Assembly: GCA_963730185.1 (NCBI GenBank)
Contig: CAVSQW010000011.1
Location: 22,184 to 86,183 of the forward strand
Direction: 5' to 3'
Length of the DNA: 64,000 bases
From: an uncultured Gemmatimonadales bacterium
Lineage (GTDB): Bacteria > Gemmatimonadota > Gemmatimonadetes > Gemmatimonadales > GWC2-71-9
Shown here piece after piece: positions 1 through 9,069 of the stretch (position 1 is its first letter; the number at the start of each line of letters is the position of its first letter). The translations under genes were made by a program, and so were the position numbers. The notes under the pieces are model-generated. The model was not told the DNA's origin and made no database searches. It was given only the letters and a program-made list of their open reading frames with translations.

Positions 1-193
1 GCGCGATCGTGGCTCCGCTTCGGGTCTCCAGGGTCACGCTGGCGCCCCGGAGCGTGGTCCCGTCGGCGGTTTGCACGGTGCCTCGGAGCGCCCCGGAGGT
101 CAGGCTCTGGGCCCCGGCGGGCACGGCGATCGTCACGGCAAGGAGGACGGCCGCGACCCACCCGGCCCACCCATCCTTATGAGGAGTACGCAT
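1..193 (-). CDS. N-terminal fragment (gene runs off the window) of a secreted CarboxypepD_reg-like / TonB-dependent-receptor-type outer membrane protein
   Basis: Own reverse-strand translation from ATG at 193: MRTPHKDGWAGWVAAVLLAVTIAVPAGAQSLTSGALRGTVQTADGTTLRGASVTLETRSGATIA. This is a signal peptide followed by the G-x-RGTV-x-D-x-x-G-x-x-L-x-GA-x-V pattern typical of carboxypeptidase-regulatory-like domains. It is absent from the ORF track because it has no in-window stop. Confidence 0.5.
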   Translation of the reverse strand, partial: MRTPHKDGWAGWVAAVLLAVTIAVPAGAQSLTSGALRGTVQTADGTTLRGASVTLETRSGATIA

Positions 194-514
194 AGGATCC
201 TTTGGAAAGGCGCTCGGAGCGGGCCTCTGAACGGCCCGGCGAAGCGATGGCCGTACTGCAGAATAAATGCCACACATCAAGCATCCTCTGGTGGACCGGG
301 TGGGGACCCCGATGCCGCAATCTCCTCATGATCGATGCGACTTCGCAACGGTGTTGCGGCGACGCATTGAGGCTCGCCGTTGAGACTCAGGGGCTCGGTC
401 GCCGGACGAGGCCGGCCACCTCAAAGCAGCGACGGGGTCGATATGTCACATTGCCGCAACGCTCCGTTGTGGCGATAATCCCTTTGTGAACCTTCTTGCA
501 GACCGAGTCACCTA

Positions 515-538
515 GTACTAGTACATTGCCCTGCAATG
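515..538. promoter_or_regulatory. Adjacent perfect palindromes, candidate enhancer-binding (UAS) sites
   Basis: GTACTAGTAC (515-524) abuts CATTGC-cct-GCAATG (524-538). They lie in a roughly 48% GC island (hand count of 481-540), about 55-75 bp upstream of the sigma-54-like -24 element. Confidence 0.3.
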
Positions 539-589
539 ACTTATCGACTATGGCGTCGAATATCTTGGCGTTCAGGACTTTCATGAAAG

Positions 590-604
590 CGGCACCAAGA
601 TTGC
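590..604 (+). promoter_or_regulatory. Sigma-54 (-24/-12) type promoter upstream of the PEP-CTERM gene
   Basis: cGGCAC-caaga-TTGCc, with GGCAC at 591-595 and TTGC at 601-604. This matches TGGCAC-N5-TTGC(A/T) with correct GG/GC spacing, 57 nt upstream of the ATG at 662. Confidence 0.5.
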
Positions 605-661
605 CTGTTACGACGGCCGGGTCGCCGCATCCACCGACCGTCAACTCAGGATCCGTCAGCC

Positions 662-1360
662 ATGCGTCTCTCCAGAGCAGTCGCCCTGATCGCCTTGTTG
701 GCGGCCACCGCCACGCCGGCCGCCGCGCAGGTCGGCACGTTCAAGTTCCTGGCGGGCAGCAGCACCAGCGCGTTCGGAGTGTCGGTCGGGACGTACAAGG
801 CGCAACTCGATGGGAAAGCGATCGACATTTGGTGCGTCGACTTTCTCAATCACGTCTCAGTCGGCAACCAGTATCAAGTGAACATCACCAGCCTGGGCGG
901 GTCACCGGATCTGTCAAAGACGAGGTTCGGCAGCCTGAACAGTCAGCCGGACATTTACCGTCAGGCCGCCTGGTTGTCGGCGCAATTCTATGCTCAGCCA
1001 ACCGCCAACTGGGGCTTCATTCACGCGGCGATCTGGAGTCTTACCTCTCCCGGTTCACCGAATGTGACGGGCGCCTCGAACATCGCCGCCGTCAACTACT
1101 GGCTCGGGCAGGCAGCGGCCAACTATCAGAACTTCTACTACGACAACGTTTACGTCCTCTCGGACGTCGCGATCGAAGGGTGCGTCGTCGCGACCCCGAC
1201 GGGTGGGCCCTGGAATGGCTGCGGCCACCAGGAGCACATCTACATCGACGGCCAGCTCACGGTGACGCCGGAGCCGGCTTCGCTGATGCTGATGGCGACG
1301 GGTCTCGTGGGTCTGGGTGGGGCCGGCTGGGTCCGTCGTCGCCGCAAGGTCGGGCGCTGA
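662..1360 (+). CDS. PEP-CTERM sorting-domain secreted protein
   Basis: N-terminal signal peptide MRLSRAVALIALLAATATPAAAQ. The C-terminus VTPEPASLMLMATGLVGLGGAGWVRRRRK has the PEP motif, a TM helix and an Arg-rich tail. Confidence 0.9.
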   Translation: MRLSRAVALIALLAATATPAAAQVGTFKFLAGSSTSAFGVSVGTYKAQLDGKAIDIWCVDFLNHVSVGNQYQVNITSLGGSPDLSKTRFGSLNSQPDIYRQAAWLSAQFYAQPTANWGFIHAAIWSLTSPGSPNVTGASNIAAVNYWLGQAAANYQNFYYDNVYVLSDVAIEGCVVATPTGGPWNGCGHQEHIYIDGQLTVTPEPASLMLMATGLVGLGGAGWVRRRRKVGR

Positions 1361-1388
1361 TCGCCAGCGGGCAGACCGCATCTATTCG

Positions 1389-1420
1389 GAGCGGGCGGGG
1401 TCACCGGACTCCGCCCGCTC
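1389..1420 (+). terminator. GC-rich hairpin after the PEP-CTERM gene (no U-tract)
   Basis: GAGCGGGCGG (1389-1398), a 12-nt loop, then CCGCCCGCTC (1411-1420). This is a perfect 10-bp stem 29 nt after the stop codon. Confidence 0.4.
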
Positions 1421-1451
1421 GTCGTCCCGCCGCTTCGCTCACAAAGGCCGC

Positions 1452-1958
1452 ATGACCCCCTCCTCCCCCGAGGCCCACCTGGGGCCGCTCAAGGGCGCCT
1501 TCTATTGCGTCGGCGCCCTGTTGATCCTGATTTCGCTAATGGACTACGCGGGCTCGGTCCTGCCAGCCCAGCTCGGCAACGTGGGATGGCGCTACGGAGC
1601 CGTCGGGCTGATCTCGAGCTTTGCCCTGACCCCGCTGCTGGGGGGGGTGATCCTCCTGGGCACGGCGGCACTGTCTCGCCAGCGCGCCGTGCTCCGGGCG
1701 GTGGGCCTGCTCCACCTGGTCGTCGCGGTCCTACTCCTGGTGGCGATCGGAAGCTTTGCGCTCGACGCGCTCCAGGTGCGCCGGGGTAGCCCGCCAGAGA
1801 GCCAGCGGGTAACCGAAATCAGCGCCATCAAGGCCGGCGTCGAACTGGCCCTCACGGTGGTTGCGTCGGCCTGGCTGGGCCTCGCGGGCCTCCGGCTTTC
1901 GAGACCGCGAGGGCCGGCTCGTCCGGCGAAGGGCAACGTGGTCGTCGGGACGCCCTGA
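1452..1958 (+). CDS. Hypothetical integral membrane protein (about 4 TM)
   Basis: In-frame ATG at 1452 within track ORF 1317..1958. The hydrophobic segments include FYCVGALLILISLM, AVGLISSFALTPLLGGVILLG, LLHLVVAVLLLVAIGSFAL and ELALTVVASAWLGLAGL. No family recognised. Confidence 0.6.
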   Translation: MTPSSPEAHLGPLKGAFYCVGALLILISLMDYAGSVLPAQLGNVGWRYGAVGLISSFALTPLLGGVILLGTAALSRQRAVLRAVGLLHLVVAVLLLVAIGSFALDALQVRRGSPPESQRVTEISAIKAGVELALTVVASAWLGLAGLRLSRPRGPARPAKGNVVVGTP

Positions 1959-2065
1959 GCCCAATCGCTACCTCGGGTTCGGAGCCGGCCCTGGGCACGG
2001 CCAGGACCGGCAGGCCGACTCGTCGGGCCGCCAAGGCCGCCCGCTCGCGTTAGAATTCCCCCAAC

Positions 2066-3331
2066 ATGCGCTCGCTTTCCTTCCGGAGCCGGATCTCTCT
2101 GGCGTTGCTCCTGCTCGGCGTCCCCTCCTCGGTGGCGGTGCTGGGGTGGGCCTATTCGGCGCTGACCACCAACCCGGCCAAGACGATCCAGGCCGCGATG
2201 GCGCCGGTCCGGGGGACGGCCTTGGACCTTTTCTCATCGATCGACACCACGGTGCTCGCCCCACCGGCGCGCCGGGCGTTGGAGCGGCACCGGGCCGTGC
2301 TGGGCCAGCAGATCCGGCTGGCCCAGACCGCGGTGACCTACCGGCGGCTCCTGACCTATGGGACGGCGATCGCCTTGGGGGTGCTCGGGACCCTGCTCTT
2401 CGCGCTCTCGATCGGGTTGGGTCGGGTGCTCGCCTGGCAGCTCAGCCGGCCGATCGACGAGCTGATCGGCTGGACGGGACACATCCGACGGAACGAGCCC
2501 CTCCCCGACGAGGACGGCCGCGACACCGGCGCGCCGGAGTTCGCGGCGCTCAAGGTGGCCCTCCGGGACATGGCGACCGAGATCACCCAGGCCCGGCGGA
2601 CCGAGCTGGAGTCGGAGCGGCTCAGGGCGTTTCGCGAGGTGGCGCGGCGGGTTGCCCACGAGATGAAGAACCCGCTCACTCCGATCCGTTTCGCGGTCTC
2701 CTCGCTGGGGCAGTCGGCGCAGCCGAGCCAGGAGGAGGCGCTCGACGTGCTGCGGGCGGAGTCGAGCCGGCTCGAGCAGCTGGCCCGGGAGTTCGCGAAT
2801 CTGGGCCGCCTGCCGGAGGGACCGCCGGCCGAGGTGGACCTGGCGGAGCTGCTGGGGGAGCTGCTGCGGACGTCGCTGCCGCAGACCATCGACGGCCATC
2901 TGACGGTGACCCCCGATGCCCCGCACGTCGAAGGCCATTACGATCCCCTGCGCCGCGCCTTCGGCAACCTGCTCCGGAACGCCAGCGAGGCGATGGCCGG
3001 GGAGGGACGGATCGAGGTGACGGTCCGGGCCTGGGACGGCGGCGTCCGGGTGGCGATCGCCGACGAGGGTCCTGGAATTCCGGAAGCGAAACGCGGCCAG
3101 GTGTTCGAGCCGTATTTCACTGAGAAGGCCGACGGCACCGGACTCGGCCTCGCGATCGTCAAGCAGGCGATCGACCTCCATCACGGCTCGATCGAGGTCG
3201 TCGAGACCCCAGGCGGGGGGGCCACCTTCGTGATCTGGCTTCCCCTGGTTCCGGACAATGCCCGCACGCGGCCCCCCGATCGACCGTTCGTCGAGCGGCG
3301 GGTCGCCGAGCGGCGGAGACACTGGCGATGA
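2066..3331 (+). CDS. Sensor histidine kinase (2 TM + HAMP + HisKA + HATPase_c; NtrY/AtoS-like)
   Basis: H-box RRVAHEMKNPLTPI, N-box LLRNASEAM, and G-boxes DEGPGIP and GTGLGLAIV. An ATGA overlap joins it to the downstream regulator. Confidence 0.9.
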   Translation: MRSLSFRSRISLALLLLGVPSSVAVLGWAYSALTTNPAKTIQAAMAPVRGTALDLFSSIDTTVLAPPARRALERHRAVLGQQIRLAQTAVTYRRLLTYGTAIALGVLGTLLFALSIGLGRVLAWQLSRPIDELIGWTGHIRRNEPLPDEDGRDTGAPEFAALKVALRDMATEITQARRTELESERLRAFREVARRVAHEMKNPLTPIRFAVSSLGQSAQPSQEEALDVLRAESSRLEQLAREFANLGRLPEGPPAEVDLAELLGELLRTSLPQTIDGHLTVTPDAPHVEGHYDPLRRAFGNLLRNASEAMAGEGRIEVTVRAWDGGVRVAIADEGPGIPEAKRGQVFEPYFTEKADGTGLGLAIVKQAIDLHHGSIEVVETPGGGATFVIWLPLVPDNARTRPPDRPFVERRVAERRRHWR

Positions 3332-4695
3332 ATCGGATTCTGATCGTAGACGACGAAGCGAACATCCGCCGGATGCTCGGCGCCCTGCTTCGGTCGGAGG
3401 GCTTCGAGGTCTCGGAGGCGGGGAGCGGCAACGCCGCCCTCCTGGCGATGGACGAGTCGCCGCCCGACGCGGTCCTGATCGACGTGATGATGCCGCCGGG
3501 GCCCGACGGGATCGCGACGCTGGGGAAGATGCGGGAGCGCGACGCGTCGACGCCGGTCATCATGATGAGCGGCAAGGCCCATCTGGCCGACGCGGTCCGG
3601 GCGATCAAGCTGGGGGCGTTCCAGTTTCTCGAGAAGCCGTTGACCCCGGAGGCGGTGCTGGTGACCCTCCGCTCGGCACTCGAGCTGACCCGGGCGCAGG
3701 CGGAGAACCGGGCCCTCCGCTCGCAGCTGGGCAAGCCGAAGACGGAGCTGGTTGGCACCACGCCGGAGATCGAGCGGGTTCGAGACGCGATCGCCCAGGT
3801 GGCGCCGACCGAGGCCCGGGTCCTGATCTACGGCGAGTCGGGGACGGGCAAGGAGCTGGTCGCGAACGCCATCCACCAGGCCAGCGGGCGGTCCCACCGG
3901 CCGATCGTTTCGGTCAACTGCGCGGCGATTCCCCGCGACCTGGTGGAGTCGGAGATGTTCGGCCACGAGCGGGGAGCCTTCACCGGGGCGACGGAGCGCC
4001 GGCTGGGGCGCTTCGAGCTGGCCGACACCGGCACTCTGTTCCTGGACGAGGTGGGCGACCTCAACCTCGAGGCCCAGGCCAAGCTGCTCAGGGTCCTCGA
4101 GAGCGGGGAGATCCAGCGACTGGGCGCGGAGCGGGTGCAGCGGGCCGACGTCCGGGTCGTCGCGGCCACCAACCAGCGGCTGGACCTGGCCGTGGGCGCC
4201 GGGACCTTCCGGGAGGATCTCTACTTCCGGCTGAACGTCTTTCCGATCGAGGTGCCGCCGCTCCGCTCCCGGCTCCAGGACCTGCCGGCGCTGGTGAGCC
4301 ACCTGGTCTCGCGGATCCGGCCCCAGCGGCCACCCCAGTTCACCGGCGAGGCGCTGGCGCTCCTCGGCTCGTACGACTGGCCCGGGAACGTCCGCGAGCT
4401 GGCCAACATCGTGGAGCGGCTCGCGATCATCGGCGGCCCGGAGATCGACGCCGCCCTGGTCCGGCGGGTGCTGCCTCGCTCCGCGCCCCGGGCCGACGGG
4501 CCGATTGGGACAACGACGCCCAGTCTCGACGACCTGCAGGGGCGGTCGCTCTCCAACTTGCTGGACGACTTCGAGCGGAGCCTGGTCCGGGAGGCGCTGG
4601 GCCGGGCCGGCGGCAACGTGGCCGAGGCCGCTCGAGCTCTCCAGACCGACCGGGCCAATCTCTACCGCCGGATGAAGCGGCTGGGCCTGTCGTGA
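3328..4695 (+). CDS. Sigma-54-dependent response regulator (REC + AAA+ + Fis-type HTH; NtrC/AtoC family)
   Basis: REC domain ILIVDDE...DVMMP. Walker A GESGTGKE and the GAFTGA loop are present. C-terminal [27 protein letters not shown]. Confidence 0.95.
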   Translation: MNRILIVDDEANIRRMLGALLRSEGFEVSEAGSGNAALLAMDESPPDAVLIDVMMPPGPDGIATLGKMRERDASTPVIMMSGKAHLADAVRAIKLGAFQFLEKPLTPEAVLVTLRSALELTRAQAENRALRSQLGKPKTELVGTTPEIERVRDAIAQVAPTEARVLIYGESGTGKELVANAIHQASGRSHRPIVSVNCAAIPRDLVESEMFGHERGAFTGATERRLGRFELADTGTLFLDEVGDLNLEAQAKLLRVLESGEIQRLGAERVQRADVRVVAATNQRLDLAVGAGTFREDLYFRLNVFPIEVPPLRSRLQDLPALVSHLVSRIRPQRPPQFTGEALALLGSYDWPGNVRELANIVERLAIIGGPEIDAALVRRVLPRSAPRADGPIGTTTPSLDDLQGRSLSNLLDDFERSLVREALGRAGGNVAEAARALQTDRANLYRRMKRLGLS

Positions 4696-6476
4696 GCGAG
4701 CCGATCCAACGCGCCGCCGGGCCACCCGGTCTCCGGGTCGGGTGGAGCACCCTGGTGCTGGCCGCCTTGGCACTGGCCGGGCTCGGCCGGCCGGCTCGGG
4801 CGCAGGATTCGCTGGTCGTGATCCGCCCGATCGTGACCGGGGCCGACACGATGGCGGCGGGCGCTCCGTCGCCGGAGGTGGTGCGGCGGGTCATCCGGGC
4901 GTTCAACGACAGCCTGGCCAGCCGCTTCGTCGGGAGCTTCCTGCTGCCGGCCGGGTCGCGACACATCGGCCAGATGGCCGTGTATCGAGGCAACCTCCGG
5001 GTGTACGGCCGGATCGACGGCGACGTGACGGTGATCAACGGCGACCTGATCGTCGCCTCGGGCGGCCTGGTCTCGGGGGACGTGCTGGTGGTGGGTGGCC
5101 GGATCGAGGTCCGGCCCGGAGGGATCATCGTCGGGCGCCGGGAGGAGCACGAAGGGCTGGCGCCGGTGGTGCGGGGGGTGAACGGGCTCCTCGCGGAACG
5201 CGAAGCCCGCAAGCCGCTCGGTGAGCTGGCCGCGGCGCGGACCACCTTCCAGGCCGCCGGGATCAAGACCACGCTGAACCTGGAGACGGGCAAGACCTAC
5301 AACCGGGTCGAGGGCCTGCCGATCGTCTTTGGCCCCACGTTCACCACCCAGGCCACGGTGGACGCCAAGGTCGACGTGCGGGGCATCTTCCGGCCGGCCA
5401 CCGACCGGACCAAGCTCCGGGACGACATCGGCTTTGTGGTGTCGACCGAGTTCTCCGGGGGCGGCCGGGCCCGCTGGCTGACCTTCGGCGGGCGCGGCTA
5501 TCGCCAGATCGTGCCGATCGAGGACCAGCCGTTGGCCCGGGGTGAGGCGGGATGGTCGGCGTTCCTGCTGCAGCGCGACTACCGCGACCACTACGAAGCT
5601 CGGGGGATCGAGGGCTTCGCCTCGGCTCGACCGGCCAAGGGTGTCGCACTCGGCTTCTCGTTCCGGGGTGACCTGGAGCGATCGGTCCCGGCCAGCGACC
5701 CGATCTCGATCTTCCGGAACAGCGACACCTGGCGCCCCAACCCGCTGATCGACGACGGGCACTACCGAACGGCCCGGTTCACCCTGGACCTCGACTCGCG
5801 GAACGACCAGCGGCGGCCGGCGGCCGGGTGGCTGATCCACGCCCAGCTGGAGCACTCGACCAGCAGCGACGCCTCGCCGGTGGCACTGCCGCCGGAGGTC
5901 CGGTCGCCGCTGCCGCCGGGCGGGTTGGCCTTCTCGAAGCTCTGGTTCGACGCCCGGCGTTACGCCCGGTTCAATCCGACCAGCCTGGCGAGTCTTCGGG
6001 TCGTGGGCGGTGGCTGGATCGGCGGCGACCCGCTGCCGGTCCAACGCCGGGTGTCTCTGGGCGGCCCCGACATTCTGCCGGGCTTCGGGTTCCGAGACCT
6101 GAACTGCGGCCCGGCCGGCTTCGTGGATCAGGCCCGCGCCTCACTGTGCGACCGGATGCTGGCGGTGCAACTGGAGGTGCGGACCAACTTCCCCGTCAAG
6201 CTCCCGTTCCGCCTGGTCCCGCCCGACGTGGCGGTGCTCCAGCAGGTGCTGGGCATCGAACAGGCGGAGCTGGTGATCTTCGGCGACGCCGGGAAGGCCT
6301 GGCTCACCGGCGCCGGGCCGGGCCGGGTTCCCAACAACCGGATCCCGGTGTTGGGGGAGTGGGACGCCGACGCCGGGTTCGGGATCGACACCGGCGGGCT
6401 CGGCCTCTACGTGGCCAAGGCACTCACGGCCGACCAGCCGATCCGGTTCATCATCCGGCTGCAGCAGCGATTCTGA
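4692..6476 (+). CDS. Secreted protein with a bactofilin-like beta-helix segment and an Omp85/surface-antigen-like beta-barrel
   Basis: GTG at 4692 overlaps the regulator stop (GTGA), which makes the upstream 478 codons of track ORF 3258..6476 spurious. Signal-like WSTLVLAALALAGLGRPARAQ. Repetitive GDVTVINGDLIVASGGLVSGDVLVVGGRIEV. The barrel-like C-terminal half ends IIRLQQRF, an aromatic terminus typical of OMPs. Confidence 0.65.
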   Translation: MSEPIQRAAGPPGLRVGWSTLVLAALALAGLGRPARAQDSLVVIRPIVTGADTMAAGAPSPEVVRRVIRAFNDSLASRFVGSFLLPAGSRHIGQMAVYRGNLRVYGRIDGDVTVINGDLIVASGGLVSGDVLVVGGRIEVRPGGIIVGRREEHEGLAPVVRGVNGLLAEREARKPLGELAAARTTFQAAGIKTTLNLETGKTYNRVEGLPIVFGPTFTTQATVDAKVDVRGIFRPATDRTKLRDDIGFVVSTEFSGGGRARWLTFGGRGYRQIVPIEDQPLARGEAGWSAFLLQRDYRDHYEARGIEGFASARPAKGVALGFSFRGDLERSVPASDPISIFRNSDTWRPNPLIDDGHYRTARFTLDLDSRNDQRRPAAGWLIHAQLEHSTSSDASPVALPPEVRSPLPPGGLAFSKLWFDARRYARFNPTSLASLRVVGGGWIGGDPLPVQRRVSLGGPDILPGFGFRDLNCGPAGFVDQARASLCDRMLAVQLEVRTNFPVKLPFRLVPPDVAVLQQVLGIEQAELVIFGDAGKAWLTGAGPGRVPNNRIPVLGEWDADAGFGIDTGGLGLYVAKALTADQPIRFIIRLQQRF

Positions 6477-7150
6477 TGCGCCGCCTCCTCCTCGCCGCGC
6501 TGGGGCTGGTGGGCCTGACCGGTCGGGCCCTGGCCCAGTCGTCGGACGATCGTCCGTCGGTCAGCATCTCGTTGGCCGCACCCGACGAGCGGACGGGCGC
6601 GAGGAAGCCGATCATCTACCTCCGCCACCTGATCGCCGACGCCCGGTGGGGCCAGGCGCTCGACAACTCGCTTCCCATCGTCCTCCACAACACGCTCGAG
6701 GTGTGGCGGTCGCGGGACGGCTGGATCGACGAGCTCCTGTTCGGGACCGAGTGGCAGGTGTACGTCACCAAGGAGCCGCTGGCGGACGAGTACGACGTGA
6801 CGGTGGTGACCGGGAATCGGCCCCAACGACCCCAGCGCTTCGTGCAGCGCGACTCGGCCATCGCGTATCTGGAGCGCCCCAACCTAGTCGAGGTCGTGCC
6901 CAACCGGCCGGGCCGGTTCTACTACGTGCTCACCACCCGGATCACGGCGCTCACCGACGCAGACATGGATCAGCTGGAACGGTTCCTGGCGGGCGATCCC
7001 GACCTCGACGTGTCGGGCCGGAGCGGGACGGTGCTGGGACGCGGGATCCGGCGTCTCCTCCTCAAGATCGCCGGGTTGCCGAGCGAGGTGCTGACGGCGC
7101 GCTCGGAGCGGTTCACCGTGACGGCGCCGCCCCAGAACGACGAGCGTTAG
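6476..7150 (+). CDS. Secreted hypothetical protein (possibly DUF4390-like; not verifiable here)
   Basis: The ATG at 6476 overlaps the upstream TGA (TGATG). Signal peptide MRRLLLAALGLVGLTGRALAQ. High GC3. Confidence 0.65.
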   Translation: MRRLLLAALGLVGLTGRALAQSSDDRPSVSISLAAPDERTGARKPIIYLRHLIADARWGQALDNSLPIVLHNTLEVWRSRDGWIDELLFGTEWQVYVTKEPLADEYDVTVVTGNRPQRPQRFVQRDSAIAYLERPNLVEVVPNRPGRFYYVLTTRITALTDADMDQLERFLAGDPDLDVSGRSGTVLGRGIRRLLLKIAGLPSEVLTARSERFTVTAPPQNDER

Positions 7151-7728
7151 CCGCCGATCGCGCGGAGCGCCGCCTCCCCGTAGAACAGACGGATGTACTT
7201 GGCCTGGATCGTGGTGAGCCGCCGGACGGCCCACGCGAGGTGCACGAAGTGCGGCTCCAGCGGCAGGGTCGCGGGGTGCATCCCGCACTCGTCAGGCAGG
7301 TGGTTACCCTTTCGAGTGTTACAGGTGCTGCAGGCGGTGACGACGTTGTTCCATTCGTTGCCCCCGCCCCGGGAGATCGGGACCAGGTGATCGCGGGTCA
7401 GGCATTCCCGGTGGCGGAGCTCGAATTGGCGGCGGAGGCAATACTGGCAGGTGTATTCGTCGCGGGCGAACAGGAACGTGTTCGTTACCTGTCGTCTGAA
7501 TTTTCGAGGCACGTGGACGAACCGGACCAGCCGGATGATGGCCGGTTTGGGAAGCGCGACCCGGGCGCTCCGGACCTGCTCACTGCCATCGGCTTCGACG
7601 ATCTCGGCCTTACCGTCGATCACCAGCCGAAGGGCCCGACGGAGCGGGACCATCGTGAGCGGTTCGAACGAAGCATTGAGCGCGAGGCACCGCACGGCCC
7701 GTCTCCCGAGTCGAAAGGGACTCATCAT
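7147..7728 (-). CDS. HNH endonuclease
   Basis: CQYC...DHLVPISRGGGNEWNNVVTACSTCNTRKGNH, i.e. the HNH/zinc-finger motif. Confidence 0.85.
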   Translation of the reverse strand: MMSPFRLGRRAVRCLALNASFEPLTMVPLRRALRLVIDGKAEIVEADGSEQVRSARVALPKPAIIRLVRFVHVPRKFRRQVTNTFLFARDEYTCQYCLRRQFELRHRECLTRDHLVPISRGGGNEWNNVVTACSTCNTRKGNHLPDECGMHPATLPLEPHFVHLAWAVRRLTTIQAKYIRLFYGEAALRAIGG

Positions 7729-7752
7729 TCTAGAGGCGGCCCGGGATCGGAA

Positions 7753-8983
7753 TCAAGCCGGGCGACCCCGCCGGTACACGACCCGGCCCGAGGCGACGGT
7801 GAGCAGGACCCGGTCGGGGGAGGCCCCGAGGGCCGCTTCCTCCGGGTCGCCGTCTCCGCGCGGAACGTCCAAGCCGATCAGATCGGCGTGGAACCCCGAC
7901 GCCAGCCGGCCGACCTCGCCCCGGAGATCGAGCGCGGCGGCGGCCTCGTTGGTGGCCAGCGCCAGGGTGGTGCGGGCATCGAGCCCGGCCAGCTCCCGGG
8001 CCGCCCGGAGCTCGCCGAAGAGGTCGAGCGAGCCCACGCTGAGCACCGAATCGGTCCCGACCCCAAGCCGGACCCCGGCATCGAGCAGCTCCCGGAGGGG
8101 GGCCTGCCGGTGGCCGTGGCGCCGATTGGAGAGCGGGCAGTGGGCCACGGCCACCCGCCGGTCGGCCAGGACCCTGATGTCCGTCTGGTCCAGCTCGACG
8201 GTGTGGATGCAGAGGGTCCGGGGCCCGAGGATCCCATGGCGCGTCGAGCCAGGCCACGGGCGAGCGGAGGGCATTCGGGCCGACGCCGGGGCCACGCTGC
8301 TGGGCCAGGGGCGGGATACCCCGCGCCTCCCAGGCCGCCGCGAAGGGGCCCGCATTCCGGGTTACGAATTCCCACTCCGCGGTCGATTCGGCCAAGTGGA
8401 CCGCCAGCGGGCGGTCGATCAGATCGGAGAGCTCGCGGACCACCCGGTAGAGCGGTCCGCTCACGGTGTAGGGCGCGTGGGGCGAGAGTCCGAGCCGGAC
8501 CCGAGGGGTCTCGAGCGGGAGCAGCTCGTCGATCCGCTTTCGGAGCGCCACCAGGCTCTCCTGGCGCTGGGACGGGTGAGGACCGAACACCTCCTGATAG
8601 ACGATTCCCGACCCACCCGCCTCGACCAGGGCCCCGAGGACGGCCCCCGAATCGCCGGTGTCGGCGACGGTCGTGATCCCGGCCGCGAAGGCGTCCCGCA
8701 CCCCTCGGCGGGCCGCCTCCCTGAACCAGTCCGGGGCCTGATCGGCCTTGGCCGCCCGGAGGGTCCGGATCCACCGGGGGAAATCGTCGGGGGGGGCGTC
8801 GCTCGCCAGGCCGGTCAGCTCGAGATGGGTGTGGAGGTTGACCAGCCCGGGCATCAAGAGACCCGGAACCGCCTCCCGGGCCACCCCCTCGAGGGACGCG
8901 AAGTCGGCCACCGGCCCCACGCCTTCGATCCGTCCCTCCGCGCCCACCAGCACGGCGCCATCGGTCAACGGTGGGCCCGCCAT
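7753..8983 (-). pseudogene. Amidohydrolase (chlorohydrolase/aminohydrolase family) interrupted by a +1 frameshift near 8239
   Basis: The N-terminal half lies in the frame of track ORF 7730..9247 (MAGPP...GLVNLHTHLELT...AVHLAES...SPVAWLDA). The C-terminal half lies in the frame of ORF 7753..8355 (HGILGPRTLCIHTVELD...GVGTDS...GFHADLI). The junction reads gac gcg C cat ggg on the minus strand. Confidence 0.75.
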
Positions 8984-9069
8984 GGTAACGACCACGGGGG
9001 CGGTATAGAGGGTGGGACGAGCGGACGATCGGTCGGGCGGGTGGACGGGGGTTCGGGAACGGGTCTCCG

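Noticed and set aside
387-644. 85-aa minus-strand ORF in the AT-richer island upstream of the PEP-CTERM gene
   Set aside because: It overlaps the sigma-54-like promoter and the palindromes. The low GC fits a regulatory region better than coding sequence in this genome, and no family was recognised. A real small gene cannot be fully excluded.
3181-4773. Long ORFs antisense to confidently called genes (3181..4773, 22707..24707, 32337..34691, 54783..56561, 58855..60696, 6646..8676, 11384..12550, 13348..14469, 62910..63998)
   Set aside because: Each lies opposite a gene with clear family motifs. The translations are RGPA-rich and motif-free, as expected from stop-codon depletion in roughly 70% GC DNA.
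3258-6476. 1072-aa ORF in the track
   Set aside because: Its first ~478 codons are the out-of-frame shadow of the sigma-54 regulator gene (Arg/Gly/Pro/Asp-rich low complexity). Recognisable protein sequence with a signal peptide begins at the GTG at 4692, which overlaps the regulator stop.
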